Origin: Girardia tigrina
Lineage: Eukaryota
Length of the DNA stretch: 64,000 bases
Direction: 5' to 3'
NCBI GenBank assembly: GCA_001938485.1
Contig: MQRK01202104.1
Location: forward strand, 1-64,000
A model generated the notes under the pieces. It did not search any database. It saw only the letters and a list, made by a program, of their open reading frames with translations, and was not told the origin of the DNA. The position numbers were made by a program, and so were the translations under genes. This document shows, in pieces, positions 1 to 12,190 of the stretch; within the stretch, counting starts at the first letter, position 1; each line of letters begins with the position of its first letter.

Positions 1-429
1 TTAAGTGCGAGCAATTAAAAATTTCCTGATTTTAAAGAATAATTGCTCAGATACGGAGAAGATAATATATTACTTAAAATTTGCCTTTCACTCCTTTTTA
101 CAAAATACGCTTTCAAAGATTAAGATTTTATTAAACTGTAACAAATTATCGGACCGTGCCTTCCCTCAATTGTGGCTTGTTGAAAAAAGGTTCATGAATT
201 GCTAAAATAAAAATTCTTTAAAATAAAAAAAAATCAATGNNNNNNNNNNNNNNNNNNNNNNNNNNNNNNNNNNNNNNNNNNNNNNNNNNNNNNNNNNNNN
301 NNNNNAATTGAAAACTGAGGGTACACTAAAATTGTCTTTTCTGACCCAGAAAAGTTATTTTGTCCTTTTGAGTGCATTATGAAAAGTGCTTAGTATTTTT
401 TTTAAAATTCTGTTATTTTAATATTCTTG

Positions 430-808
430 ATGCAACATTCCCTGATGAGGATAGGTACAATGAAATTCTCATATATTTCTTATCAACTTAAATTGAGGGT
501 GCTCTTGGTAGAGCTCCTCAGTTACCAATAAGATGCTGGAACCATTTCGATTCTGCTGGTAAGCAAATACCAAAAACTACAAATTGTTGCGAAGGTTTCC
601 CGAATGCTCTTAATGCCATATTTCAATGCAGCCACCCCAATATTTGATGGACTTGGAAGAGATATAGCTTTTCACAGAGTGACTTTGGCAAATGCTCTGT
701 CAGGTCGTTCAGAGGTTGTAAAGAAAAAATATGTATCATTGAGTGAGAAAATGTGTCGAATGAAAAAATTTGTGTCGAATTGTCTTGTGTCGAATTGTCT
801 GGTTACCA
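430..808 (+). mobile_element. MULE (Mutator-like) transposase 3' remnant with right terminus
   Basis: The decayed frame reads WNHFDSAGKQIPKTTNCCEGFPNALNAIFQCSHPNI, resembling the MULE W..N...PRTNN..EG.H motif; followed by tandem TGTGTCGAAT subterminal repeats ending GGTTACC. Confidence 0.7.
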
Positions 809-953
809 TCAAAATTACCTTCAAAAACCATCAAAATCAGTAAAAAGTGCTAAAAGTGCTAATCAATACTGCACATGTGTAACTGTGCTAAATTAATTAA
901 GTTCAAAATTGTGTAAAGTGTAATATATTCATGTTTTTTATATAATAAAGTTT

Positions 954-1690
954 AAAGTGAGGCAGAATGCCCATAGGGTATAGAGGTCGAAGGAAGCTAA
1001 ATTTCAAAAATCTGTCCGAACACATAGATAGGAAACCTTAGGTAAATAGCCGGGTTATGATCTTAGATTTTCGAAAAAAATCAATACATATCGATTTTTG
1101 TGACGTTGTGTTTTATAGTGTAAAGTGAGGGAGAATGCCCATAAGGTATAGAGGGCGAAGGTATGTATTATATTATATATTATATTTTATATTTTATATT
1201 ATATATTATATTATTATATTATGCTATGTTATCAACCATTTAAAACATGACGGTATCCAAGGTGATATCGTGATTTCGATGGTTGTCAACGTGATTTTAA
1301 GGTATTTTCGATGATTTTTAGGGTAACAATGACGGTTGTCAAGGTTTTCGAGTGATTCGATTGGTTGTTTAGGCGATGGGAACCGTTACCAAGGTACCGG
1401 GAAGCAATCTGAACCGTTGCTATGGTATCCGGAACAGTTGCTAAGGTGATTGCGACCGTTGCTAAGGGACCACCGACCAATCAGAAGCGTTTTTGAGTGA
1501 TCGCGACCGTTGCTAGGGACACAGGAACCAATCAGAAGCATTGTCAAGTGAACCGGAACCGTTGCCATGGTAACCGCGGCCGTTCCTTGGCCACCGCGAC
1601 TGTTTCCATGGTTACAGTGATCATTGAGAGAAAAACCCCATTTTTCCCCTACTTGATAGAGTTTCTACTTGGTTTCACTTATTACTTGAT
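954..1690. repeat. Repeat-structured element: 40-bp direct repeat (954 and 1122) plus GTTGCyAwGG array
   Basis: AAAGTGAGGsAGAATGCCCATArGGTATAGAGGkCGAAGG occurs twice; eight GTT-nCnnnGG units at 1384-1615. Confidence 0.6.
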
Positions 1691-2199
1691 TCTGTGATAA
1701 AATACATTTGATGAATCAAATTTATTTTATATTTTATAAATTTCATAACTGTATTTGTATAAAAGTATGATAAATATCGATTTTATTAATTTTTTGTTTA
1801 TTTAGATATTAATTTTGTTTTTTTTTCATTTTCTTAAATAATGCCAATAGCTAAAAATTGAATAAAAAATAAAATAAGAAATATCAGTGCTATTTGTCGT
1901 TGAACCCTTATAATTATTACAATTAAAAAAACATTAGTAGTCAAGAAATAATGATGATGATGACTCTGTTACAATGAAAAGCATAAGTAGTTCGATCAAT
2001 AACCTCGAAGACTCGATATGAAATAAAAATTTCCAAATGTTTTAACAAATTTTATTCTGAACAACATTTAATACTAGAATGAAAAAAAATCATTTGTTTT
2101 AATAAATCCCTTTTGTTTATTTTATTTTGCAGCCTTTTGAAGAAAATTGACAATGTAGAGTATCACAGCGTCAATAAATTGTATTGTAAACTTAGAAAA

Positions 2200-2700
2200 A
2201 GCGCAGATGAAACCATGTGAAACATGGAATAAAGATTATGGCGGTAACTGTTCATCCAGGGCTAAAGGAGTTCAAGCAAGACAAGGTGAACGATGCTTGC
2301 GGAGGAGGAAGACCAAATAAAATCTCAGGTGTGAAAGAAATCAACTCTAAAAAATTCATGAAATGTGGTCGTAGAATACAATAAGCGAACTAGAAGTTCA
2401 AGGAAAGTTATCTACAGTTCTGTACATACTATGTTAACAGTACTGGTATACAGAAAGTTAAGCGATCAGATTTTTGCCGACATTTTTGACTTCAGAGATG
2501 AAAGAGTCAGTTCTGGCAAACCTTTTAATTTCTGAGCAATGGAGTTCAACTTTCCTTGACAATATTATTACTCTGGACGAGACTTCACGCTCAATATATC
2601 TCCATGAAACCAGAATAATCCGCTGATTTTTAAAGATTTTGAAAAATGATGAAAGTTTATCGTAAAAAGTACGAGCAATATTTTGGGATGACAAAAATTT
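2200..2700 (+). pseudogene. Highly decayed mariner-like transposase
   Basis: Fragments DACGGGRP (linker-like) and FLDNIITLDETS (first catalytic Asp motif) with many disruptions. Confidence 0.5.
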
Positions 2701-3770
2701 TCGAATTATCGCATGTTGAAATTAGGAATGTGGGAAAATGAGATTTTGGAAGTTGCTTATAGTTTCCAGATTCTGAAAATTTCAGAAGTAACTCGAATGA
2801 CAATTCAACTTATGTGTATTTAATCAACACTTATCTGATGCAAATGATTAAACAAATGAGAGATATGAAATTTTCACTTATCATTTTCCCGCGACCCAGG
2901 CCTTCTTCAATGCCACAGCACCGCAATTACAGCTGCGCAACCTACTCCGTCACCACCGACGGTGAACAATACTATGACTAACCATTTTATTAGCCATTTA
3001 TTTTGTTATGAATAGAGTTTTGTCTGCATAAAGAATGGATATAAAAATTTTAATTTTTTGATTTACTAGTTAAATATTTCAACGGTAAACTTTCTTTATT
3101 TTTTGTCGATGAAAAATTTTGCAAAAATAAGAAAGAATGATTGTCATTCAATGACAAAAGTTTCTAAATCGAAACTTATTAATGTACTATTTGCAGAATT
3201 CTTCGAATACTTTCATGAACGACAAGTAACAGTAAACTAATATAAATGCAAATTTTTTTATTCAAATTTCTAAAATTACATGATCCGGTATCGATAAACA
3301 ACGTCGTATATAATGAACAGTTGCAATTAAATGAACGAAAATATTAATCTTGTGACTGATACAAACAAACAGAATTGTATAATTATGGTTCGTTTGGATA
3401 TAATTTATATTAAATAAATAATTCAATTAAATAATTATTACAAAAAAATTTTATTGTTGAAAGGAAAATTTTATTTGTAAAAATAATTTATTTAATTAAT
3501 ATTTAAAGTACATAATAACAAAAATATAGATTGCTTAAATATTAATTTCATTATTTTGGACAAACTTTATAATTTTTTGGAAAATATTAATAAAATTTTT
3601 ATTTAATAATAAACATTTTTATAAAAAATTACATTCTTCAATTTCTTTAGATCATGTTTACTAAAATAAATAAATAAATCACATAAATTTAGTTTTAGTG
3701 CTTCTGATTTAAGATTAATATATTCATAAACATGAATTTATAAATATATATTTAGGGAAACGATTGTTAC

Positions 3771-3914
3771 TTGTGAAGCTGTTGAATCAGGACTATAAAT
3801 AATTCGACAGTCATCTGTTATTTCCTTTTGGATTTTCAAAAAAGACGAATGATCTGCTAATCCCTTTTTACCAGTTTTAGATCTAACGTCTCCAATACCA
3901 ACCAAATAAGCAGT
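3771..3914 (-). CDS. TLN: Talin exon 21 (R7-R8)
   Basis: TAYLVGIGDVRSKTGKKGLADHSSF...PDSTASQ; TAG/GT; 144 nt. Confidence 0.92.
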
Positions 3915-3962
3915 CTAAATAAAAATACTAATTTTCTACTAAAATGACTTCACGAATATTAC

Positions 3963-4088
3963 TTGGGCAGCTTCTTCAAGTAAAATGCAAACAGAATCTG
4001 TACACTTATATATCGAGTCAATAAATTTTTGAATGTTTTCCTCCTTAGTTGAGACTGGAATAGTTCTTAAGCTATCAGCTAGTGGTTC
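3963..4088 (-). CDS. TLN: Talin exon 20 (R7)
   Basis: EPLADSLRTIP...SVCILLEEAAQ; AAG/GT; 126 nt. Confidence 0.9.
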
Positions 4089-4139
4089 CTTACAAAAAAA
4101 ATAAATATTATTATTCCTATATTTGGAAAACAAACATAC

Positions 4140-4326
4140 CACAGTCTTTTCGACAATAAAATCAAGACAATCATAATAATCCTTGTGTGATATAGGATGA
4201 ACAGGATTATCAAGAATTGGACGCATACTTTCCAATCGATAAATCGCCTTATCGCATTCCTTTTGACCTGGTCTCAGGTTAGTTGAAACACTTGTTAGAA
4301 GTCGATTGACAGATTCCAATAATATT
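4140..4326 (-). CDS. TLN: Talin exon 19 (R6-R7)
   Basis: ILLESVNRLL...PGQKECDKAIYRLESMRPILDNPVHPISHKDYYDCLDFIVEKTV; AAG/GT; 187 nt. Confidence 0.94.
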
Positions 4327-4383
4327 CTTTAGTAAAATGAAATTGTTTTAAGATTATGCTTATTTTTATACCAATAAACATTG

Positions 4384-4580
4384 TACTCTAAAATCCCATC
4401 TATAACGCAAACCCCTTCAAATAAATTATAGGTTATTACAATCAATTTAATTAATAACATGATTTTTTTTATGTGAAAAAAACTTTTTTGAAAGAATATT
4501 AATAATTTGTGTTATAAATTGTTTCAATAGTTACGCTTTTTAATGGATAACGTTTGCGGTTTAGATGGGACTTTAAGGTA
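4384..4580. mobile_element. MITE with about 26-bp imperfect TIRs
   Basis: CTAAAATCCCATCTATAACGCAAAC versus the reverse complement of GTTTGCGGTTTAGATGGGACTTTAAG. Confidence 0.55.
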
Positions 4581-4776
4581 TATTTTAAAAGAAATCTAAT
4601 TAAATATCTTTTATTTATTTAACATTGAAAAATTATCAATAAATCTTATTTAAAATTTTTAAATTTAGTATTTATCCTTCAATGAACTATAAATTCGAAG
4701 TTCGTGTTCGATTAACTAAAATGAATAAATATGTTAAATATATAATAAAACATGTTAACATTTTCCCAAGTGCTCC

Positions 4777-5215
4777 AAATATTAACTAGTGAATCAAAAA
4801 ATTAAATTTTTTATATCCATTCTTTGTGCAGACAGAATGCAAACTACTCTACTTTGCAAACAAAGTTTTTAAAATTTAAAAATTTAAGATTTAAAAAATT
4901 TTAATTAAAAAACACAATAAAAATTAATAATTATAAATTAATTAATACTTATAATTTATAAATAGATATTTCGCAATTAATATTTTTCGAGAACTCCGAA
5001 TTTTCCGTTTTTTCCCATTTTTGGATCTTAAATAGTTTTTTTCGATAAAATTTTTACATAATCATTTATTGTCATCGAGGAAGAGTAAGTGTGTCGAGTT
5101 TGAAGAAAATCGATTGAGTAGAAGGCCTTCAAAAAGAGATTTCTAAATTCCATGGATACATATATATGTATCTATATACCTATATAGAAAGTGAGTTAAT
5201 AAAAAGAATGGAAAA
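4777..5215. mobile_element. Helentron/HINE-like non-autonomous element (partial copies at 3021-3079 and about 6475-6507)
   Basis: Subterminal inverted motif TCCATTCTTT...AAAGAATGGA, an internal TA-rich microsatellite-like tract, and both termini recur elsewhere in the window in inverted orientation. Confidence 0.5.
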
Positions 5216-6509
5216 AAATATCTCGACTTTCATACATTTCAAACATCTTTTAAAGATATAGTTAGTTAAAAAATATAAAAATAGCATAAATATCCATTAA
5301 AATTACATGAACATCTTTGTTAGTCTAATAGTTCTTCAACAATATTCACCGCCAGTGACATCTTGAATGCAGTGCGTTTCGCAAGTTAAGGTAAATGAAG
5401 TTTGATTACCCTTTTATATTCATATGTGCTAATATTGAATGAACTGAAATATTTCCATTATGTGTTATTATACAAGTCGACTCACTGTTTTTGAATTATG
5501 ATGTACATTCTCGTGGTGAAGTGTTACAATGGAAAAACTTCGATTACGAAATAATTATTACAAGAATTCGTGCAAAAGCTCAATTTAAAATAACGCCATC
5601 AATCAGAAATCAGCACTCATCATTGAAAACTTTGCGAATCATGTAAACTGTAGATGTCGCACGTAACAATATTTTATACCCCCTCAAACACAACATCGTA
5701 CATACACCTAGACTCATAACCTGAAAGATCAGTACAAAACAACGCCTTTTTCCAAAACGACTTTTGGCATTACAGAACAGTATGCAATTCAATTCACTTC
5801 ATTAGATGCTCTTCACATAAGAAAAAGTTCATAATTAAAATTTATTAACTGAATATTACAAAGTAGTTCAGTTAGAAATCAATCAATATCTTCATATTTT
5901 TTATAATTGATAGAGATTAATTGTTTCAAATATTCTCATTTTTGTGCAATTAACAATTTGCAATCATCAATGAGTTTACAACCTAAAGCAGGCATAGTAT
6001 TTACATAGGTTTTGCTCGAAAATTTATTTCAATTAATCAAGATTTCAATATATAAGTTGATAGAATTTAGCGTTCCTACTCCCACTGGTGAAGATGCAGA
6101 CAGTCGAGATCGAATGAGAATTATCTTACTATCACAGTAATTGCCTGTCAAAATGAAGAAAGATAAATATTTATTAATTTTATTATTTTTAGATTTTATT
6201 ATTTTATAAATAATTGAAATCACTTCTTTTAATGTTATTTTAATTTACCTATTTTTCATTAGTATTTTACTTATTTCCGAATTTATGTCTAAATCATGAC
6301 TATTTTTGCTTGCAATCACATTTATTTCATGATATTACATCAAATAGTCAATCAATCAGAGAATAGTTTCTAATTCAATCTATGAGTATCTTTTATTTTC
6401 AAATTAGTTAAGGTCAGTTGAGTTTATCAAATGATGTGTATATTAGTTCGTAAATAGTTAAGAACAAAACTTCATTCCATTCTTTTTATTAACTTACTTT
6501 CTATATATA

Positions 6510-7945
6510 TTAGGTTGGGGAAAAAGTAATCCATTATTTTAATTCATTATTTATCGATCAAAAAATTTCAAATTTATGCTCTTTGTCAAGGTAACATTTC
6601 ACAGTAATTTCACAAAAAAAATTTGCTTTTTTATTCAGTTCTAAGTTACAGGGTGTTAAAAATGGAAGTCAACAAAGAAAAAATTTGGTACATTTTACAG
6701 TTTTCATTCGATAAAGGCGAAAATGCAAGCCAGGTGGCTGTTATTGTGAATGGTGTTTGTGAGTAATATTTTAAATTTAGTATGTTGAAATTGGGTTGTT
6801 GAATTTTGTATGTTGAGTTTAGTATTTGGAAATGTGTTTCTCCTACCCAGGTGGAAAATTGATATTTTAGATGTTCACGATAAATAATTATTCGAGTATA
6901 ATTTGCATTTTAAAGTACAACATAAGATATTTAAAAGCTTTAAAAATATTAAATCGTTTCAAATTTTCATATTAAAATTAAAATAAAGTAAATAGTTTTA
7001 ACTAAGTTTTGAATTAAATAAATGTTCTTCCTTTCCATAAAATAATTTTTTAAATAAAATTAATATGTAAATAAAATTATTACTAAAATTACAAAATTTG
7101 AACTTTAAAAATAAAATCTGAAAATAATGAAAAATTTGTTCGAATAGTTGTTTATTAAAAAACATTAACTAAAAGTTATCAATTTAGAACGATGTCAAAT
7201 TACGAAAGTTTTGCTGAGAGTTGTGCAAAAGACAATTCTAATTGTATTGAAAATAAAAGTTCGAAAACCCATGTTGGTGTTCTTAATAGTGTTTATGATG
7301 CCAATACTGTAATAGCTAATTGCACGCAATTTTGGTTTCGTCGATTCTGTGGAGGCATTTTTGATGTTAAAGATACACCTCGCACAGACAGGCTTATCGT
7401 TGAAAATTTCGATAAAATCTCGGCAATGATCGAAGTTGACCGGCATGTTAGTAGTCGTAGTATCGTACAGGAGCTGAAGATCGACCACAACACTGTTTTA
7501 AACCATTTGGGCAAAGCAGGATTCAAAAAGAAACTTGATGTTTGGGTTCCACACCAATTAACACCAAAAAACATGATGGATCGAATTTCCATCTGCGAAG
7601 CCTTGGCTAAACGAAATGAAATCGACCCATTTCTTAAACAGATGGTTACTGGGATGAGAAATTGGTCACATACGACAATATTGTACGAAAACGACCGTGG
7701 TCAAAGCACGGTAAAGCACCTCAAACGGTCGCCAAACAAGGACTAACGCCCAGAAAGGTTTTACTGTGTATTTGGTGGGACTGGAAAGGAATCATTTATT
7801 ATGAGTTGCTTCCGTATGGCCAAACACTAAATTCAGATCTGTACTGTCAACAACTAGACCGTTTGAACATAGCAATTGATGAGAAACGACCAGAATTGAC
7901 TAACAGAAGAGGTGTTGTGTTCCATCACGACAACACCAGACCACA
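6510..7945 (+). mobile_element. Mariner element, interrupted by a solo LTR and 3'-truncated
   Basis: TA|TTAGGTTGGGG TIR; ATG at 6662 (MEVNKEKI); QFWFRRF, KKLDVWVPHQLT, LLCIWWDWKG, HHDNTRPH; frameshifts. Confidence 0.92.
6758..7288 (+). mobile_element. Solo LTR (TGTGAG...CTTAATA), 531 bp, TSD GTGTT
   Basis: TSD at 6753-6757 and 7289-7293; removing it restores the mariner frame (VNGV|YDANTV). Confidence 0.85.
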
Positions 7946-8650
7946 TAATATACTCTTTTTTAAAAAATGTTTATATTTAATTTTAATCAATTAAATGCAC
8001 TATAATTAATAATTTTTATTAACAGATTTTCATTTATTGAAAATAATTAGTATGAACTCAAAAATATATCGATCAAGAAAAATGTCAAATAGTGTATTAA
8101 GAACATTTAGACAAGTCGCGTTTGAACTTTTATTACCATCACATTTAGAGTCATTATGACTCTCAGAAAGTCTTTCATCGTTTGTCATCATTCTTATTGG
8201 TTTTCTTATTTTTATTTTTAATCATGATTATTCGAACAATTTTTCTAAGTCATTTTTTAAAATATATTTATTAATATTAATTAAATATAATAAATTTTAC
8301 CATTTCTCAATAAATCCCAAAATAATAAAAATGTCATCAAATTATTAAAAATATATTTAATTTAAATTTTACTAAAAATTATTAAACTTAATTTTAATTG
8401 TGAAATTAAAAATATGAACTTATAAAATGATTATTTTAATTATGTTCGAATAGTCAATCACTTTAAATATAAATAAAAAAATACCAATTTCCATCTGGGT
8501 GGGAGAATCACTATTCTAAATTCAACATACTTAAATCAACATACAGCATCACTACATTTACACATTCAAACAATTTAAAATATTCCTCACATAGTGAATG
8601 CGCTTGTGATATTAATAAATGTTGTAAAACTCATATTGATGTTGTTAATA
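7945..8650 (+). mobile_element. 5'-truncated LTR of the 40954-41365 type, itself interrupted by another LTR
   Basis: 7945-8094 plus 8597-8650 align to the reverse complement of about 40954-41155; ends GTTGTTAATA. Confidence 0.8.
8095..8591 (-). mobile_element. Solo LTR (TGTGAG...CTTAATA), 497 bp, TSD TAGTG
   Basis: TSD at 8090-8094 and 8592-8596; shares the TCCyACCCAG-ATGG motif with the other copies. Confidence 0.85.
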
Positions 8651-8986
8651 TGGTATATTTAGTAAATCCATTAATTAAATAATGATTATATTATATTTAT
8701 CATCTGTCTAATTATTACATTAAATTTTAAAAAAATCACTTATTCTTTAAACACATAATTCGCTAAATTTAATAATAATTCACAACCTTATTTGAAAAAT
8801 TGTTTCAAAATTGTTCTTATAATAAGTCCTAGTTACTAGTGGACCTTTTATGTAAATTATAATACTTTTAAAATAATTTGATAATTATTTTGGATAATAT
8901 TTTAAAAGTAATCAACTCAACTGATTTTTTATTCAAATTATTTATAAGTTTAATTAATAATTTATTCATATAAAAACTAAAAATAC

Positions 8987-9261
8987 TTTGTTTTTTCTTG
9001 CAGTTGCTTCCGCAAAACGATATTGTCTGGTTCACACTGAACTTTTTTTACACAATCCAGTAATACTTGACTGTCATCAGAGATCATCACAATCGAATTT
9101 ACTATATGATCTTTGTTTGAAGAAATATGACGAGTTTCATCGTGTGATTCTTGAACTAAGACGTTACAGATATCAACAATACGATCGTAAGACATTCTGA
9201 ACTTTTTGCAACTTTTATTTACATGATAGAAAGTTGAGGCACAAACTAATTCATTGATCGC
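8987..9261 (-). CDS. TLN: Talin exon 18 (R6)
   Basis: AINELVCAS...ISDDSQVLLDCVKKVQCEPDNIVLRKQLQEKT; TAG/GT; 275 nt. Confidence 0.9.
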
Positions 9262-11148
9262 CTAAATGGAAATTTAAAGTCAATACTAATTGATTATATG
9301 TAGGAAAATATTAGATTTATTAACACGTATTGTGCCACGGTAATCTCAAGTGACCGGAACGGAATGTGCAGCGTGGGTTGAATACCCCCTTACAGAACAG
9401 AACGTGTAAAGAATATTAGTATCAAAATATTTCAGTTCTTTTTTTATTAGTAATTATTTTATTATCGAGAATTGTAAATTGTATTAGAGGCCCCTTTTGA
9501 TAAGATTTAGTATTTCCTGTTAACAGAATCAAATAGCGGAACTTTATTAAAGAATATTCTAATAATTTGAAACAGTGATTCATCAAAGTAAATTAATGTT
9601 TTTTTCACATTTGAAAAAGAATTTGTAAAAAGATTTTAGCAAAAAAAACGGTAACTATAAAAATTGAGGTTTGAAAGAAATGGATAAGGATGAATAACCA
9701 TTAAAAATTGATTTAAGAAACACTACATAAAAAATAGGTAAACATTTTTTCGTGAAGAAAAGATTATTCAAAGTACACCATTTACAAAACATATGAAAGA
9801 AAGATTTGAAGATCAAGAAACAGTCAAATAGTAAAATTGATATAGAAATTTTTAAATTAATCAATTTGATTTTTCTTTCGTTTTTAATTCGATAATTTAG
9901 AACTATTAGTATGATTTATTTTATAACTAAATATTAAGATTCCTAGATGGTAAAAAGCAATAAATCCTTTACGAAACAAATATTCATATTCAAAAAATGA
10001 TAACAAAATATGGTTTAATGTTGTAATGGTCTAGTTTTTTAAAGAAAAATAGATAAAAGGTTTTCGAGTAACAGAATTATCATATTACTTAGGACAAATA
10101 TGTGGTAATTTTTTATGGAAATGATCAAATAAATATCGAACTGCTAGTTTCTCTTAACTTTATCTGACTTATAATTTTAACTGACACTTTCATTACAAGT
10201 GTAAAAACTAAGCATACATACATTTTTTTAAAATAATTTTGTTAAAGCTTTTTTATGAAATTGATTTTTGTACATGTTTCGGAATTTCGTTTTCCATCAT
10301 CACCAATTATGATGTAATGTGTAAAATAATAAAAATGGGAGATTTTATCAGTAAATACCTAATTTTTCAGGATTTTATTAGATATTAATGGCAAAAGTTT
10401 TAAGAAAAAATTGAAGATTTTTAGAATTAACTCGGTCTTACTTTGCCAATTTTTGAATATTAATTAATGGGTTGTAGTATCTTAATTATAATGATTCACA
10501 GAACTGCCGATCAAAATGTGAATTAAAGCCCTTCTGTAAAATATAAACTCATCTTTTGAAATATAAGAGATTCTATTTTTACAATGTAATGAATGATCAA
10601 GAACCTTACTCGATCGACTCGATGCTCACTAATCCTGGTTTAGAGATGACGACTTGTCTCTCCATTATATGAGTTGAAGAACAAAAAGAATTAAAATACC
10701 CTACTCCGAATGATTTAAAGCATTTAAGAAGAGTATTTTCAAGAATATTTGCTGTGCCAAAGTGATTTCAATGACAATCAAAGCCCAAATACGGACCCTA
10801 TTTTAACATTATGGATATGTTTAAAAATGTGAACCTTAAATCTTCTGAAACCTTTTGAATAGGGAATCTTTATAACTTTAACGCATTTTTTGTTAATCCT
10901 CCTTCTTGATTTTGTTAAAGTAGATTCTATATAACATTAATTTAATATTTTGTTCTATTTTGCTATTCTGGTACATATTTTTATGCAAATGTTGATGAAA
11001 GATTCCATATTCTATACTATCATATTGTTTATACAATCTTTATATCTCTCTGCATGGTAATCTTTTGATATTGTATAAAGTCCTGCGTCTGTTACCTTTC
11101 AGATTTTGAAGGATTTCCAGACAACGATTTCAAATAAACCGACTCGGT

Positions 11149-11151
<3 letters not shown>

Positions 11152-11191
<40 letters not shown>
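11152..11191. repeat. (TA)n microsatellite
   Basis: Direct observation. Confidence 0.95.
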
Positions 11192-11194
<3 letters not shown>

Positions 11195-11234
11195 CTAGTC
11201 ATCAATCTTGTATTTTTCTAAACTTCATCTTTAC

Positions 11235-11432
11235 CTGATTAAAATCAAAAGTTGAATCAGTGAGTTCCGATCGATAATTGCTCAAAGTAATTGATTCATC
11301 TGTATTTGGTAATCGATTCTCTAAAAACTTAGACTTTTTCGTCTCAATATATTTTGTTAACATATCAAGATCTCGTTGTCCTGGAAGACTATCCAAACAA
11401 AGACTTAAGGCATCTGAGAGTTGAATTGAAGC
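11235..11432 (-). CDS. TLN: Talin exon 17 (R5-R6)
   Basis: ASIQLSDALSLCLDSLPGQRDLD...TFDFNQ; CAG/GT; 198 nt. Confidence 0.93.
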
Positions 11433-11702
11433 CTGAAAATAATTTAATTAATTAATTTTCAAAAATAATGTTAAAGTATTCTAAATCCAAATAATTTTCA
11501 TGTGATTTGAAAATTTATTTTGACTGATTAATATAGACTCCATCATCAGGAATTTTACATCACTAATGAAATTTATCTATCTCTTTATTTTTGAATGTTG
11601 TTCTCAGGGAAGTAAAAAGGAATTTCAAATTGTTTCTAATAAATATTTAAATTATTAATATAATTAATATATATATATGGTGACCGGACAATTTGGTAAT
11701 AC

Positions 11703-12014
11703 CATTAAAATTAAGTTTAATAATTTTTAGTAAAATTTAAATTAAATGCATTTTTAATAATTTGATGTCATTTTTATTATTTTGGGATTTATTGAAAAAT
11801 GGTAAAAATTAATATTTTTAATTAATATTTTTTAGAGGTTAAATATTTTAAAAAAATAATTTAGAAAATTTGTTCGAATAATCATGATTAAAAACAGAAA
11901 ATAGAAAGCCAATTAGAACAATGGCAAACGATGAAAGACCTTCTGAGAGTCTTAATGACTCTAAATGTAATTACAATAAAGATTTAAACGAGATTTGTTT
12001 AAATATTCTTAATA
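11703..12014 (+). mobile_element. 3' part of the same LTR subfamily as 8095-8591, in opposite orientation
   Basis: Reverse-complement match to about 8095-8400; ends ATTCTTAATA. Confidence 0.8.
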
Positions 12015-12190
12015 GAGTTGTCAAAATTTTTTGTATGAAATTTTCCCTCATACAAAAGATTGAAATAGTTACTAATAACAAAATACATTTATTAAACAAT
12101 GCAATAGTAATTTTACCTTATACAAAAGTTAACAAAAAAATTAAACGTTATCTTCAAACTAAACTAATAATTTCATATTTGCATTATATA

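Noticed and set aside
442-470. Hammerhead-like CTGATGA...GAAA
   Set aside because: Stem II cannot form, and the motif lies in MULE coding remnant.
1380-1620. CRISPR-like array
   Set aside because: The repeats are short, degenerate and irregularly spaced, the context is eukaryotic, and there are no cas genes.
1286-1697. Short ORFs with VAT/TVA repeats
   Set aside because: They are by-products of the DNA motif array on both strands.
7192-7746. Mariner transposase with a novel N-terminus
   Set aside because: The first 32 codons come from the inserted solo LTR, and the frame ends at a frameshift at the first catalytic motif.
9330-9410. tRNA-derived SINE head
   Set aside because: Only a weak B-box-like GGTTGAATACC is present; there is no convincing A box, cloverleaf, tail or TSD.
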